In this document: positions 12,270 through 25,279 of the stretch, piece by piece
Layout of the letters: each line of letters opens with the position of its first letter
How positions within the stretch are numbered: position 1 is the first letter of the stretch
Source: Octopus vulgaris
Taxonomy: Eukaryota
Assembly: GCA_951406725.2 (NCBI GenBank)
Contig: OX597819.1
Location: 65,968,001 to 66,032,000 of the forward strand
DNA length: 64,000 nucleotides
Direction: 5' to 3'
Notes under the pieces: model-generated
Told to the model about the DNA's origin: nothing
What the model saw: the letters and a program-made list of their open reading frames with translations, nothing else
Databases searched by the model: none
Translations under genes and position numbers: made by a program

Positions 12270-12451
12270 TACAGTTCTATATTGAAGAGATGGGGAATTA
12301 TGTACATTATTTACATTTGACGGATATTTGTCCTCATCATGTTTGTTGTTAACACAACATTTCGGCTGATATACCCTCCAGCCTTCATCAGGTGTCTTGG
12401 GGAAATTTCGGTTCTGGGTTCTCATTCCTAAGGTATTTTTCGATGTTGTTG

Positions 12452-12491
<40 letters not shown>

Positions 12492-12603
12492 TGTCATTGC
12501 TTGGAATCGAACTCAGAATCTTGTGGTTAGTAGCCCGCGCTCTTAACCACTACGCCAAGTTCGATTCCAGGCAGTAACCTGAATAATGATAATCTTAAAA
12601 ATC

Positions 12604-12645
<42 letters not shown>

Positions 12646-12660
12646 TCAAAAAATTAGGAA
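12270..12660 (-). mobile_element. PLE pseudo-LTR (tRNA head + (AAT)n + hammerhead + tail) with inverted partial copy at 12558-12660
   Basis: Minus strand TGGCGTAGTGG (A box), GAGTTCGATTCC (B box), (AAT)n, GACAC-CTGATGA-AGGCTG..CAGCC-GAAA-TG-TT-GTGTT and tail ..AATATAGAACTGTA. Confidence 0.85.
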
Positions 12661-13005
12661 ACTACCCTCATATTTTCTAGTAAATTATGCAAACTGGCAA
12701 CACTTATGACATCATCCATGAGCAGCTCCCCATTCACTTTATACACTAAATTTCCCATTTGTCACCCCTATTAACCCGTTTAGAACAGTTAGGTTTTGCT
12801 ATAACACACATTTTCCACTAAACTCAACCAGAGTATTTTCTTGACTAGTTGAGCTCTGATTGGTTGTATGCAAATGAGTTCATAACTGGAGTCCGGAACT
12901 CTAATGGGAAAAAAAAAAATTTCGCGACCGGGTTCAGCTTTAAAAGAACAGCACAACAGTAAAGTGAGGTCATTGTTGTGCAAATTATGATAGTACTGCA
13001 TATAA

Positions 13006-13396
13006 CAGTCGTTCGCAACCTTCACTACCAAGGACCCCTTTTCTAAATGAGTTTTCCCACGGACCCTTTGCAATATGCTTATCCTTATGCACATACACAC
13101 ATATATATATTCTCTTTTACTCTTATTTGTTTCAGTCATTTGACTGCGGCCACACTTGAGCACCGCCTTTAGTCGAACAAATCGACCCCAAGACTTATTC
13201 TTTGTAAGCCTAGTATTTATTATTCTATCGGTCTCTTGTGCCGAACCGCTAGATTACGGGGACGCAAACACACACGCACATATGTATGTATATATATATA
13301 TATATGAAATTTTGAATTTAGTTTACGGATCCCCACCCTCAAGTCTAACCTTTCCGGACCACCAGGAGTCCGCGGACCACAGGTTGGAGACCACTG
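13006..13396. mobile_element. hAT-superfamily MITE with nested SINE B
   Basis: Imperfect 16-bp TIRs CAGTCGTTCGCAACCT / AGGTTGGAGACCACTG; perfect 8-bp TSD GCATATAA at 12998-13005 and 13397-13404; SINE B 3' part (minus) at about 13111-13280. Confidence 0.88.
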
Positions 13397-13630
13397 GCAT
13401 ATAAGTTGATGACAGCATGTAACTGTAGCTTGACCTTTTGGTTAGTTACAGGCCGACTCAACAAAAGATAGAAAAAAATAAAAGAAAGGAGAAAGAAATA
13501 ACACGAAGGCTTTTGTGGTTTCGAATCCAAGAAACCCATGTTCGTTATAATGATTTTTTAAGGAAAAAGAAAGTTCAAAATATAAATTAAATATGTAAGG
13601 CTACTCGGTCGTCCTTTGCAAGCTGTCGAC

Positions 13631-13633
<3 letters not shown>

Positions 13634-13682
<49 letters not shown>
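13634..13682. repeat. (GA)n microsatellite
   Basis: Directly visible. Confidence 0.95.
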
Positions 13683-13686
<4 letters not shown>

Positions 13687-14704
13687 GCAAAAGGGAGTTG
13701 AAATATATTTTTAAAATGCAATGAAAATGCCTCAAAATATAAAAAAAACAAAACAGAAATCAACACTAATACTTTCTTTCTACTATAGGCGCAAAACTAG
13801 ATCGATCTCCAGTACTCAGCTGGTACTTTATTTCATCGAGCACGAAAGTATGTCGAGGCGGGATTTGAACTCAGAACATAATCACTGACCAAATGCCGCA
13901 GGATGTTTTTGTGCGGCACGCTAACGACTCTGCTAATTCACACAGCCTTTTAAATTAAATAACAACAACAACAGGTGTTACCCAACAACACAAACAGCTG
14001 GGCTGATTTGAGAGCTGAGAGCTGATTGGTGTAATTGTAAGCTTTGGTGTCGCTGTTGTGAATCAGACACGACAAGGAAGGCACACAATCAGACTGCGTT
14101 AGTCAGTCAGGCTTATTAGTTGCCTACTTGGTAGCTACTTCATACCTACTTACCTGATATTTTTGTTGGTTAAATACTGTATATGTGTGTGTGTCGTTTA
14201 AGAGACACTTTGCATAAATAATATATTATACACTATATATTTTTTTATTAATCTCTCTATATTTTAAAAAACTTTTCTATCTACCATCAATGAACGCATA
14301 CTAACTAATTCATCTTTATATACACACACACATATATATATATAAATATTCAAATGTACTACAAGCTTGCCTGCACAGACGGATAACCTACAAGCTAAAT
14401 GTAAATATACGTGTGACATGGCAGGATTAATCGAAAGAGGCTTTTTTACGTGTTTAAAACCAAAAACAGAAGAAAGGAAGAAAGCAGAACGGAAATATAA
14501 AAACACACGCCTGTTTAATTATGCATTATGATTAGTATATATCAAAATGACGAACTTTGCTGGGATTACAGATACTACTGCTGTTAATTATAAATCTGTA
14601 CAGCACGAGGAGTCGATTAATTAAATCGACAAACCCCCTTTGCGCCAAATTCGTGCCCTTATCTTTATTTTTATTAAGTCAGAAGTTGTTTAAACTTTAC
14701 CAAA

Positions 14705-14729
14705 ATGGATTTTAAAAAATATCCCAAAG
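14705..14729 (+). CDS. Possible first coding exon (MDFKKYPK + phase-1 intron) of an unidentified gene
   Basis: CAAAATG context and strong donor AAG|GTAAGA in repeat-poor sequence, with upstream TCAGTC initiator-like (about 14103) and CCAAT/E-box motifs; no matching downstream exon identified. Confidence 0.25.
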
Positions 14730-15405
14730 GTAAGATAAATTTCTGTTGTAATTTCATGTTGGACAATAACCGTTTGTTTAGAAAAGACACTGTCATTCTT
14801 CTTCCCTGCCTTGAAATTTCTCTTTTTGTCCTAATTATTTGTCGGTTTGGTCGTTAATCTCTCATATTAGTAAGTTTAATTAGATGTACATTTTTTTATT
14901 GTTGAACGCACTTGCTTAAACTGAAAACTTCTACGACTTGAATATCGTGTTTAGTTGTTGTCACATATTATTTCAGTTTATCAGTACGGCCGCCCCTCCA
15001 CCCTCTACTCTATGAATAATCTGTTCGTTAAAAGTTGAATTATTCTATCGTTTTGTCTTGGAATTTCTTTTATTCTCATCGACCCAGAATCAAAAAACAA
15101 AAACAACGAAAAGAATTACGAGCATTGATCAAATTTTCTACCGATCGTAATAGGCACATGTGTACGTGTGAGTGGATGTGTTTGTAATTTGTTACATAAA
15201 TATTTATATACATTTGTGTGTATATGTGTGTGTGCTTATAAACGTGTGTTTTTATATGTGTGTGTATGTTTATATACGTGTGTTTTTATATGTGTGTATA
15301 TGTGATATACATGTGTGTGTGTGTGTTTATATATGTGTATCCGTGTTTATGTATGCATATGTGTGTGTATATATATGTGTGTGTGTGTTTATATATGTAT
15401 ATGAG

Positions 15406-15628
15406 TGCGGTGAGCTGGCAGAACCGTTGGGCGAAATGCGTAGCCGTATTTCGTCTGCTGTTACGTTCTGAGTTCAAATTCCGCCGAGATCGACTTTGCT
15501 TTTCATCCTCTCGGGGTCGATAAATTAAGTACCAGTTACGCACTGGGGTAGATGTAATCGACTTTTATTCGTTTGTCTGTCCTTGTTTGTCCCCTTTATG
15601 TTTAGCCCCTTGTGGGTAATAAAGAAAC
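15406..15628 (+). mobile_element. SINE A
   Basis: Head, B box, core and long tail present. Confidence 0.88.
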
Positions 15629-16229
15629 ATATAGGTATATGTGTGCGTGTTTATATGCATATGTGTGTGTTCATACATGTTTATATATGTGTGTGTGTGT
15701 AAAAGTATTCTTATTACTGCACCCGTCTCTAAACACTTACCGGCGAACTTTCGAAACGGAACCGCAGGGGAGAAAGAAAGAGACAAGGAATTGAGTGATT
15801 ATTTCCTTTTACGATACAATTTTTTTTTTCCTTTCTTTAAAAAATAACAACAAAAACAAAACAATCGAAACAAATCAGTGTTTTACATTTTTGCTCTCAA
15901 CCATAATTCTTTGCCCTTTTCCTTTTTTTCCCCTTCCACCTTTATGTTGTCTGTGTGTCTTGTTACCATTTACACTCGTCTCGTAAAACGTGTGCAATTA
16001 ATTATAAAAGAAACAAACCTACCCGTCACTTCGTTTCCTTACAGCTTAATCTAAATAAAATGGATGCTGCTGCTGTCCCATGCTGGAATCGGGGCCATCA
16101 AATGAGCTGTGACTAATATTAATTGTCGAGAGAGCCCACGGCTTGTATAGATATTCCTAGTAGACACCTACACACGTTAGTCGTTGCTTACGACGCTTCT
16201 GTTACTATGTGAGTGTGTAGGCCGTTTAT

Positions 16230-16511
16230 TATTTTGTTTCGCTCATTAGATTTCGGCCATGCTGGGGCACTGCCTACAAAATTTTTTTTCTTTTTTAAAA
16301 GCCTGATGCGTATTCTATCGGGCCCCTTTTTTTTTTTTTGCCTAACCGCTAAGTTACAGGGGCGTAAACACAACAACAATTGTCAAGCGATGGTTGGGAT
16401 TGACACAAGCACTCGCGTTTGTGCGCACGCACACACACACACACACGCGCACATTTTTATATATGTATATATATATATATACACACGTGTGTGTGTGTGT
16501 GTGTATGTATG

Positions 16512-16554
<43 letters not shown>

Positions 16555-16572
16555 GTGTGTGTATATATACAC

Positions 16573-16611
<39 letters not shown>

Positions 16612-16660
16612 CACACACACATGACTGGCTTTTTCAATTTCCGCCTACCAAATCCACTAA
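16230..16660 (-). mobile_element. SINE B with internal microsatellite
   Basis: CGGCCATGCTGGGGCAC tail and CCGCCTACCAAATCCAC body in reverse orientation. Confidence 0.8.
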
Positions 16661-19600
16661 TAATAACAATAATGATAATAATAATAATAATAATGACAGT
16701 AGTAGTAGTCGTATTTTTGAATACGGGGAATTATAAACAAGCAAAAACTTGTTCAAAACACTTCAGTTGGTAAGGTATATCACATCGTGCGGCATAACCG
16801 CCTTTTAAATTTTACGGTTTGACAAACACTTCATCGACAAAACACATGCTATGCATCAATGTAAGCCAGGATGAATCTTGAAAGCAAACGGTAGTGCATT
16901 ATCTACACGAACACATCATTAGCATCTGCCTAACTTAATTAGCATTGCACTAATTGCTGTATAAAATATGGGAGGGCTTTCCGCCGCATCCTGTATAAAG
17001 GTGAAGTAGCTGCATTAATGTTTTAATGACAGACACGTTCTTTTGTATGAAGATACATCGATAATATATGAATTATATATTATATTGTATGAATATGCAT
17101 CGGTTAATATAGATTAGTGTGTCGTACATTTAAAACAAAACGAAACATGAATATTATAAATTGTTGGCCTGCTCCGAAATGCCTGCAAATAGTGTTCTTG
17201 AGCATTAACGAAAGGAAACAGACTTACGTTAGTTTCAAAGGTACCACTCCATATATTCGATCAACTGAGCTGATTTATTTATTGAATTTATAACACAGGT
17301 GGCTGCATATTCCACAGACACGTGTGCACTTAACATGATAATTCTCATTCTGTGACAACGCTGGACCTGTGAATTACTGCGACAATCTATCCGATCCGAT
17401 GGGCTTCCATACAATTTCTATCTGCTCCCCAATTTAAACCACAAGGTACGGAGATTTAACTGCATAAGAAACGAAATCGATGGAGCACATTTCTGTTGTT
17501 ATGCGCCAAAAACAAATTCCTGAAGACAAAGGGTGGAATTATCCCCGAAGTAATTTTATTTTTTATCGTAATTTGTATTTTACTTCATCAAAACGCACGA
17601 GAAATACAAGTCTAGACGTATGATTTATCCAAAATTCCGGTGATCCTTCGGAGGTGGTACCGCAAAACTGAAATGATCATAGTTCTGTTTGCACCTTCCG
17701 TGCAAACTTTTTGTTTCTTTCATTTGTTTTTTGAACTCACACAGATCTATACATACATACACAAATATACACACACGTAAGTACATATACTTAAACATAT
17801 ACACACATACTAAACACATACGTACAAACAAAAAATACATCAACATGAGCGTTTCGTGAAACAATCTAACTAGGTAGCTATGTGTTTGAGTGTATGCTTG
17901 ACTGTTCAGCTCGCTCGTGGATATGAAAGACAATAGACTTATATATGTGTGTATGAAAGAGAAAACGTGTGTGCGACCGTGTGTTTCACTGTTCAGCTGA
18001 AAAAGACTCCATTTTTCAGACAGTTTTGAGGAAACCGTTGGTGGGACAGCATTTCGTACATATGCCGGTACGGGGCAATTCAAAGTTATGTTGAAAAGAC
18101 ACTGACTCGAAAAGTCACGCCCTTTGATCGAATCCGAGGCAATACAGCTGCAAGGCAAAGTTCTTAACGATTCGGCTATACATTTCTCCAGATGCATATA
18201 GCATAGAGAATAAGTTGACCGCAATGCTCCGTCAATCCTTCTTCTTGTTTATAGACATTATTAAACACGAATGCTGAATTTGAAATAACAGGAAATTTTG
18301 TTGGGGTTTTGGAATCGCCATCACTACCCCAAGCAGCACGGAGGCGAAATTCAGGTTTAAACACCTCAGAATACCCTTTTTTTTTTTTTTTTGCGAATTT
18401 GTTTTCAAAAAGTTGAAATTTTAGAATTAATGGGATAGAGGTGGGGAATTAACGAGTTGAAAAAAATTGCGTAATCGTATGAATTCTCGTGTGTAGAACA
18501 CAAATTCACAAACATTTTACGAAAATTCCAATAACTAAAATAAATTGAGTGATTATATGGTATGCTTAAACCAGAATTCTGCCGGCAAGAAAATAAAGGT
18601 GCAGGAAGGCATAAAAAATGCCAAAATCAAAAAAAATTTTTTGTGGCGGGGGGGGGGGGATGGGGTGTGCTTTTTTCTTTCAAACTTATATTGCCTGGAA
18701 TATTAAAATATTAAGAGGATCGTCCCCTTCTCACTGAGATAGCGGCGATTACTATTCAGTTTTCTTCCAGGGTAGGCCCCCACGTCTCATTTCGACTTCA
18801 TTAAATATAATTTCTTTTTAAATCTAATTGATTTTATGTAAACAGTTAATACAAATTATTTAAAGTGAGGCTCTTGGAAAATTTACAAATTTGAAATATC
18901 GATTGAGGCTTTCGTTTAATTAATTACACCATAATAAATCCGTCACTAGCAAGTGAAAAAAAAATCTCTCTGGTGCTATGCCCACGTGGTTATTTTGCAT
19001 GATGGTCGATCCCGGTGACGGAGTTTCTGTGCATGTACCTCATTAGAATAACATTATCCATAGATTCTCACAGATTTCCGAGTGCTTTGTTATGACATTT
19101 CGAGTCAAATCGAAAGAATACCTATTTCATCATTGTGCAAATTCGTTCTTTGTTTAGCAAATTTTCCACAAATTTTCGAAAAACAAAACGTTAAGTGGGG
19201 CGAGGTGTTGGCGTTTTCTGAATCTCCGTCATGAGGTTTTGGCTATCCTTATCCCCAAAGGGAACAAAAAGAAATTGTTAGAGGAGACTAACTGTGGGTA
19301 TGTCGACATGAGTAGTACACTAACACCTTGATAGTCTCCCCTTATTTAATGAATGACGAAGCTCCTGGCGGAAACCACGTGACTCTGCTTTTACTTTTAT
19401 GTTTTATTGTCATAACTTATGAGACACTTGGAGTGAGTGCCGTTACCTAGTTGCTCGATCTGATAGAAATAGCAGCTTAATCTCCCTTAGGCCAAATTGT
19501 ATAAAGCGAGTGTAACATTGCATGTAGTAGTCGGAAATACAGTGTGCTTGAAAAAAAGCCAGATATTCACAAACAGATCGCCTTTGATCACAGGGTTTCC

Positions 19601-19687
19601 TGGGACTTCGTTAACTGCATATATTTTCATTAACCTCTAATAGAATATGTCACATACATAATACTCTTTGAGTTAATTTATATATCA

Positions 19688-20075
19688 CTAGCAGTATCGC
19701 CCGGCGTTGCTCGGGTTTGTAAGGGAAATAACTATATAAGCATTTTTAGAGAGTTATAGCCAAAAAATGCATTAAAAATGGGAAAAAAATGATGGTAAAT
19801 TTTTTTTTAAATCGTTGACTCATCGTAGACATTTTTTAGAGAGTTACTTCCCTTATATAATAGCGAAAAAATGCATTAAAATGGAAAAAAATGATGGTAA
19901 TTTTTTTTGTAAATCGTAGACTCATTGTAGACGCGCGCTAATACCCAGAGGGGCTCGATATGAATCACGACTATAAGATACCCGGTTTTGGTTACACTGC
20001 ACCGCAAAATGTGGGAGTAGTTAGGAATCTAAATCGTAGGAGACAGACACACAACCTCACTTTTATATATAAAGA
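19688..20075 (-). mobile_element. Non-autonomous Helitron
   Basis: Minus strand A|TCTTTATATATAAAAG ... CCCGAGCAACGCCGGG hairpin, CGATACTG, CTAG|T: canonical 5'-TC, 3'-CTAG, subterminal hairpin and A|T target; contains an internal direct repeat of about 90-100 bp. Confidence 0.9.
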
Positions 20076-21342
20076 TTTGTGCTTTGTTTTCGCGATTCGA
20101 AATTTTAGACAGAGTCGTTAGCGGGTTACGAAAAAATACCTTGTATTTTCCCCAGCTCTTCATATTGTGAGTTCATATACCATTGGGGTAATTTCTACAT
20201 TCATTGTCTTGGTGTTCTGAGTTCGGTGGTATCGACTGCCCTCAAAAGTGTGGTCTTATGCCTAACTCTGAAATATGGCACAGGATTGGCTGAATCGATA
20301 GCGTCTAAAAAAGAGCTTTTGCCGTATTTGTTCCGGCCCTTTACATTTTGAGTTCAAATTCCAACAAACTCGGTCAAATAAATTATCTTCCCAAATATAA
20401 GGGATGATAATATCGACTTAGCTTTTTCCCTCGAAATTATTAACCTTCTGCCTAGATCAGAAACAAACTTCACTAAAAAACTCACCGACTACCGTAAACA
20501 TAAGCTTGCATGATTTAGGGTCCCACAATCAACAGTTCAGGCTCTTACAATCTAGGTCCCCCGCATGTCCCTAGGTCCGTGTACCCACATGATTCAGCAT
20601 AGAACCTCTGTTAACAATTTTCACCCAGAGTATCGTGGACAGAGGTTAAGGGCCTGCGTGATTTTAAATTTAAATGACACAATGGCAAAGCAGAATAGAA
20701 AAAAAAAGCGTCAGTACGAGAGAGGAGCCAATGCAGTTACAGAAGTCTGGGAAACTACTGTTTTGTGTGGTTGCTCGGCCTATTATAAAGGGCCACCAAA
20801 ATCCTTCAAATCACGACCTACCTAGCATCTTTAAAAACAGGAAGGACATTACTGATTTTTTACAAAGAAAGGGAGTTATCAAAACTGAAATGCGTTTGAT
20901 CATCTCTTCTCCATCAGAACTGACCCGACTCTAAACTTGACGAACACCGTGTGTGTATTGTTTGCTTTTATGTCAAGCTATAATAGAAACAACTTAACAC
21001 GAAACTCAAGAATTACTCATTTCATTATGTAGAGTAGATATCCATTACACTCTTACAAAAAGAGGGGTGATAATGTCATAGAAGTTACGACTTGCTAACC
21101 TTTCAGCTCATCCTAATTTATGTGAGGTTGAGCAGTATCTCTCGTAGGTGTTGGAGTCATGGTAAAAAAAAAGGGGCAAAAAAGTTATGTTTATGAAAAT
21201 TAAGAAGGGTTTAAAGTTGTCCAAACGCCATAGCAGTAAAAGATGGATCGCGTAGAAGCAAATTCTATTTTGCTTTTTAATTAAGCTATAGGGGAGAAGA
21301 TTAGTGTTCCCCCGCCAAAATGTCATTAATATTTGCGGTCGA

Positions 21343-21747
21343 GAAGGCGGCGAGCCGGCAGAAACGTTACCACGCCGGGCGAAATACGTAGCCGTATTTC
21401 GTCTGCCGTTACGTTCTGAGTTCAAATTCCGCCGAGGTCGACTTCGCCTTTCATCCTTTCGGGGTCGATAAATTAAGTACCAGTTACGCACTGGGGTCGA
21501 TATAATCGACTTATTCCGTCTGTCTGTCCTTGTTTGTCTCCTCTGTGTTTAGCCCCTTGTGAGTAGTAAAGAAATAGATATTTCGTTTGTCTTTACATTC
21601 TGAGTTCAAATTCCGCCGAAGTCGACTTTGCCTTTTATCCTTTCGGGGTCGATAAATCAAGTACCAGTTGCTTACTGGGATCGATCTAATCGACTGGCCC
21701 CCTCCCCCAAAATTTCGAGCCTTGTGCCTAGAGTAGAAAAGATTATT
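21343..21747 (+). mobile_element. SINE A, dimeric copy carrying both tail types
   Basis: Near-consensus CpG-rich head/core/long tail followed by a second core with the short tail. Confidence 0.9.
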
Positions 21748-22139
21748 TGCAGTCGGGGTATGCGGGTATTTGTTACTTACAGAACTATTTGGGGGTGGGT
21801 AAGTCTGTAAATTACCCTTAACACTTGCTGCTTAACAACTCAAAAGAAGTAAAGTAAAAGCTAGATTAATTAGATATAATTAAACCAATAATTAATTAAT
21901 CAAATATACCTTGGATAGTAATTAGCGTAACACTAGGGTGCTATTTTACTTGATTGAAAATTTCTTGGCTTTCGGCATTAAGTATTTTAACAGCCACTTT
22001 GTAATTATGTAATTAATAAATCAACTCCTAAAAAATTAGCAAAACACTTCGTTTCCAACATTTAATGCGGCCCTGTATTCGTTCCTCTACTCATTCCCAC
22101 ATGTGTTATGTCACATGGCTTTAAGAGTAACAATGATTG

Positions 22140-22321
22140 ATAGGAGTGGCTGTGTGGTAAGAAGTATTTCTTTGTTTGTCCCCAACCACACACGGCTCCG
22201 GGTTCTGTCCCACTGCATGGCATCTTAGGCAAGCGTCTTCTATTACAGCTTCGGGCCGACTAAAGCCTTGTGAGTGGATTTGGGAGACGGAAACTGAAAG
22301 AAGCCCGTCGTGTGTGAATGT

Positions 22322-22357
<36 letters not shown>

Positions 22358-22505
22358 TTATCCTTCACCACCGCTTGAGAAACTTTGTTGGTGTGTTTAC
22401 TCCCTGCAACTTAGCGGTTCGGCAAAACAAACTGATAGAGTTAAATACCAGGCTTTAAATAAAAAGAACTAGAGTCGATACATTCGACTAAAAATTTCTC
22501 AAGCA
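22140..22505 (+). mobile_element. SINE B
   Basis: AGGAGTGGCTGTGTGGTAAG head, CORE-like TTAGGCAAGCGTCTT and internal (TG)n. Confidence 0.88.
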
Positions 22506-23720
22506 TAGTCTCAGGTTAACGACTCGTATTTATTTGGTTTTATCGTTGGTTCTGTCACGTTTGAAGAGCTCCGTGAGAATTAAATAATTTGACCTCATTA
22601 CTAGACTAATAATAGCTTAGTTCGTTTTATCAGTCTCAGCAAGAAGTACCGAGGTAGTCTGTATTTGTTTGCTAGCTTGACCTCATAGAAATAACTTAAA
22701 TACTTATTGGTTATCCTTATCATCAAGTGCACAGGCTTAGAGGTCAACGCTACTCTTGAGGTGTTTTTACACGGCCGGTTTTGCAGTGTTGTAGCCAGAA
22801 TGCTTACCGCCCTAGGCAACCCTTCAGTTTGCTACCCCACTTGTTCTCCTTATAAAGGGTGTTCAAAAATTCTCTCCGCAATGAACGTTTTTCATCCTGA
22901 CTCTCCAAGATACATTTCAAAACATGTGTTAAAGAATCGACTTATGTATTGAAAATGAAGGACGACGCTTTCAACACATCTTATAAAGTTTTTTTAAAGT
23001 CTTGTAAAGTCTAATATATTCTTCTATAGTCTTATACCGTCTTATATTTATTTTGCAATAAAATACTTAACAGCAAAGAGACCTTTTGAACACCCTACAC
23101 AACTTATGCAACAAATCCCTAAAGTGCTGGCCCCACAAAAGCCTGCGGGTGAATAGTATTATCTCGGCTTATATTGTATTTGATCAAGCTAAGTTGACCT
23201 GGGGTTATATGACAATAATTATTGAGGCCATTTCTCGCGAAAGGTTTTCCCCATAGCTATTAATAAAATAAAAAATAAAAACAAGGCAAAATTAAGTTAG
23301 TCCTTGCCTAGGAATTGAACTCAAAATATAAACGTAACTAAATGTTCTGCCATCTACCTCTGTGGATTTGTTCCTTTGGTGGTCAGAGTGATCTTGAACT
23401 TATGGGGTTCCTTCATTAATTTTCCAGTGTCAGGTTGTCAAGCGGCGATCACACACACACACACGACAGGCTTCTTTCACTTTCCGTCTACCAAATGCAC
23501 TCACAATGCTTTGGCTGGCTCCAGGCTATAGTAGAAACCACTTGCCCAAGGTGCCACGCAGCGGGACTGAATCCGGAACCTAAGCCTGTTTAATTTTTAT
23601 CGCATTTTCCCTGTCCTCACACTTCCCTCACATCTTTTTTTTATTTTTACCAAACCTTCCGCGAACAAATTCTAAACTGTCCCTCACAATGTCCCCCTTC
23701 ACCCGATGGCCGTTTGGCAA

Positions 23721-23754
<34 letters not shown>

Positions 23755-24581
23755 GATGATAATTTTTGATTTTATTTAATCTCGACATTAGTTCATATAT
23801 TTGGGCGGGGAGGTGAATCATCGATTTGGCCGACCTCATTTAAGCAAAGGTCAACCCGGCGTGGATTTAACACACTTTCTCTTAACGTGAAAGGATTTAA
23901 TATGCATGTCCGGCCTTCTAATGTTTCAGACACCATTTTGCACTAATTAAAAGTCAATTGAATTAACTTCAGCCTCAGGCTAACTTTTATTGCTGGTTGA
24001 AAAGCAAAATAAACTTTGTTGGATGGATGGATAGATAAATAGATAGTGGTGCCCCAGCATGGCCACAACCAATGGTAGACAAGTAAAAGTGTGTGTGTGT
24101 ATGTATACAGACACACTGATTGAAACGGCTGTAAGAAGCGAAGTTGAGCAGTTTGTTAATAAATAATTGTTAACTTCCTTATCTCCATTTTCTTTTAACA
24201 ATATGCTTAATATATACCTGTTGTTTTAAGGGAATTTGTTGCCCCAATAATACAAGGGACTGAATTAGAAATAACAAAAGTCAAAAGGACGTTCACGTGG
24301 AATGTATGAACTTAACGTTTTGCATGAGATAAAAAGAAAATCGAAGGCGTATAATGTTTGTAGTATGGCTCTTCGTCAGAATCAGGAGAGATGAAACGTC
24401 CGGGTGCATCATTCAGTGCAGATGCTAGAAGGGTCAAAACGATTGCAGTGATCGATTAAGATTCTTGTATATTCCATCTGCCGTCTCTCTCATTAATTAC
24501 TTACCTGACGAACACTGAAGCAGCGAACGTGCTTCACCTGTAAACTATCAGATGTATACCATAAGCTTCATTAACTACTGA

Positions 24582-24637
<56 letters not shown>

Positions 24638-24770
24638 GTGTGTATGTATATATGTATGAATGTATAGTAGAATGTTACGAAAGTAACTCAACGGCTGAAA
24701 GTTTGGTACATGGGACCATGCACGAAACTTGACTTTTTGTCATTTTCGTAAGACACTGCCGATTTAAAAT

Positions 24771-25279
24771 ATTATTTACATTCGATGGATTTTTGTCCTC
24801 ATCTTGTTTGTTGTTAACACAACGTTTCGACTGACATACGCGCCAGCCTCCATCAGGTGTCTTGGGAAAATTTCGAACCTGGGTTCTTATTCCTAAGGCA
24901 TTTTTCGATGTTTTTATCATCATCATTATTATTATTCAGATTACTGCCTCGAATCGAGCTCGGAATCTTGGGGTTAGCAGCCCGCACTCTTAACCACTAC
25001 GCCATATGCCCGTGGCGTAGTGGTTAAGAGCGCGGGCTACTAACCCCAAGATTCCAAGTTCGATTCCAAGCAGTGACCTCAACAACAACAATAATAATAA
25101 TAATAATAGTAACATCGAAAAATACCTTAGGAGTGAGAACCCAGGTTCGAAATTTCCCAGGACACCTGATGAAGGCTGGAAGATATATCAGCCGAAATGT
25201 GTTAACAACAAACGAGGTCAAATATCCGTCAAATGTAAATAATGTGCATAATTTCTCATCTCTTAAATATAGAACTGTA
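24771..25279. mobile_element. Head-to-head inverted pair of PLE pseudo-LTRs (tRNA-HHR family)
   Basis: Minus copy 24771-25012 and plus copy 25013-25279, each with A/B boxes and a hammerhead motif; only the plus copy has the terminal tail. Confidence 0.88.

Noticed and set aside
15735-15790. Minus-strand TOP-like first exon with GTAAGT donor
   Set aside because: Single motif match with no supporting downstream exon.
17997-18092. Phase-compatible second exon for MDFKKYPK
   Set aside because: The peptide is unrecognisable, ends in a stop after about 32 codons, and the acceptor is unremarkable.
25006-25080. Genuine tRNA gene (ACT anticodon-like loop)
   Set aside because: Acceptor and T stems do not pair properly, and the sequence is always attached to the pLTR body.
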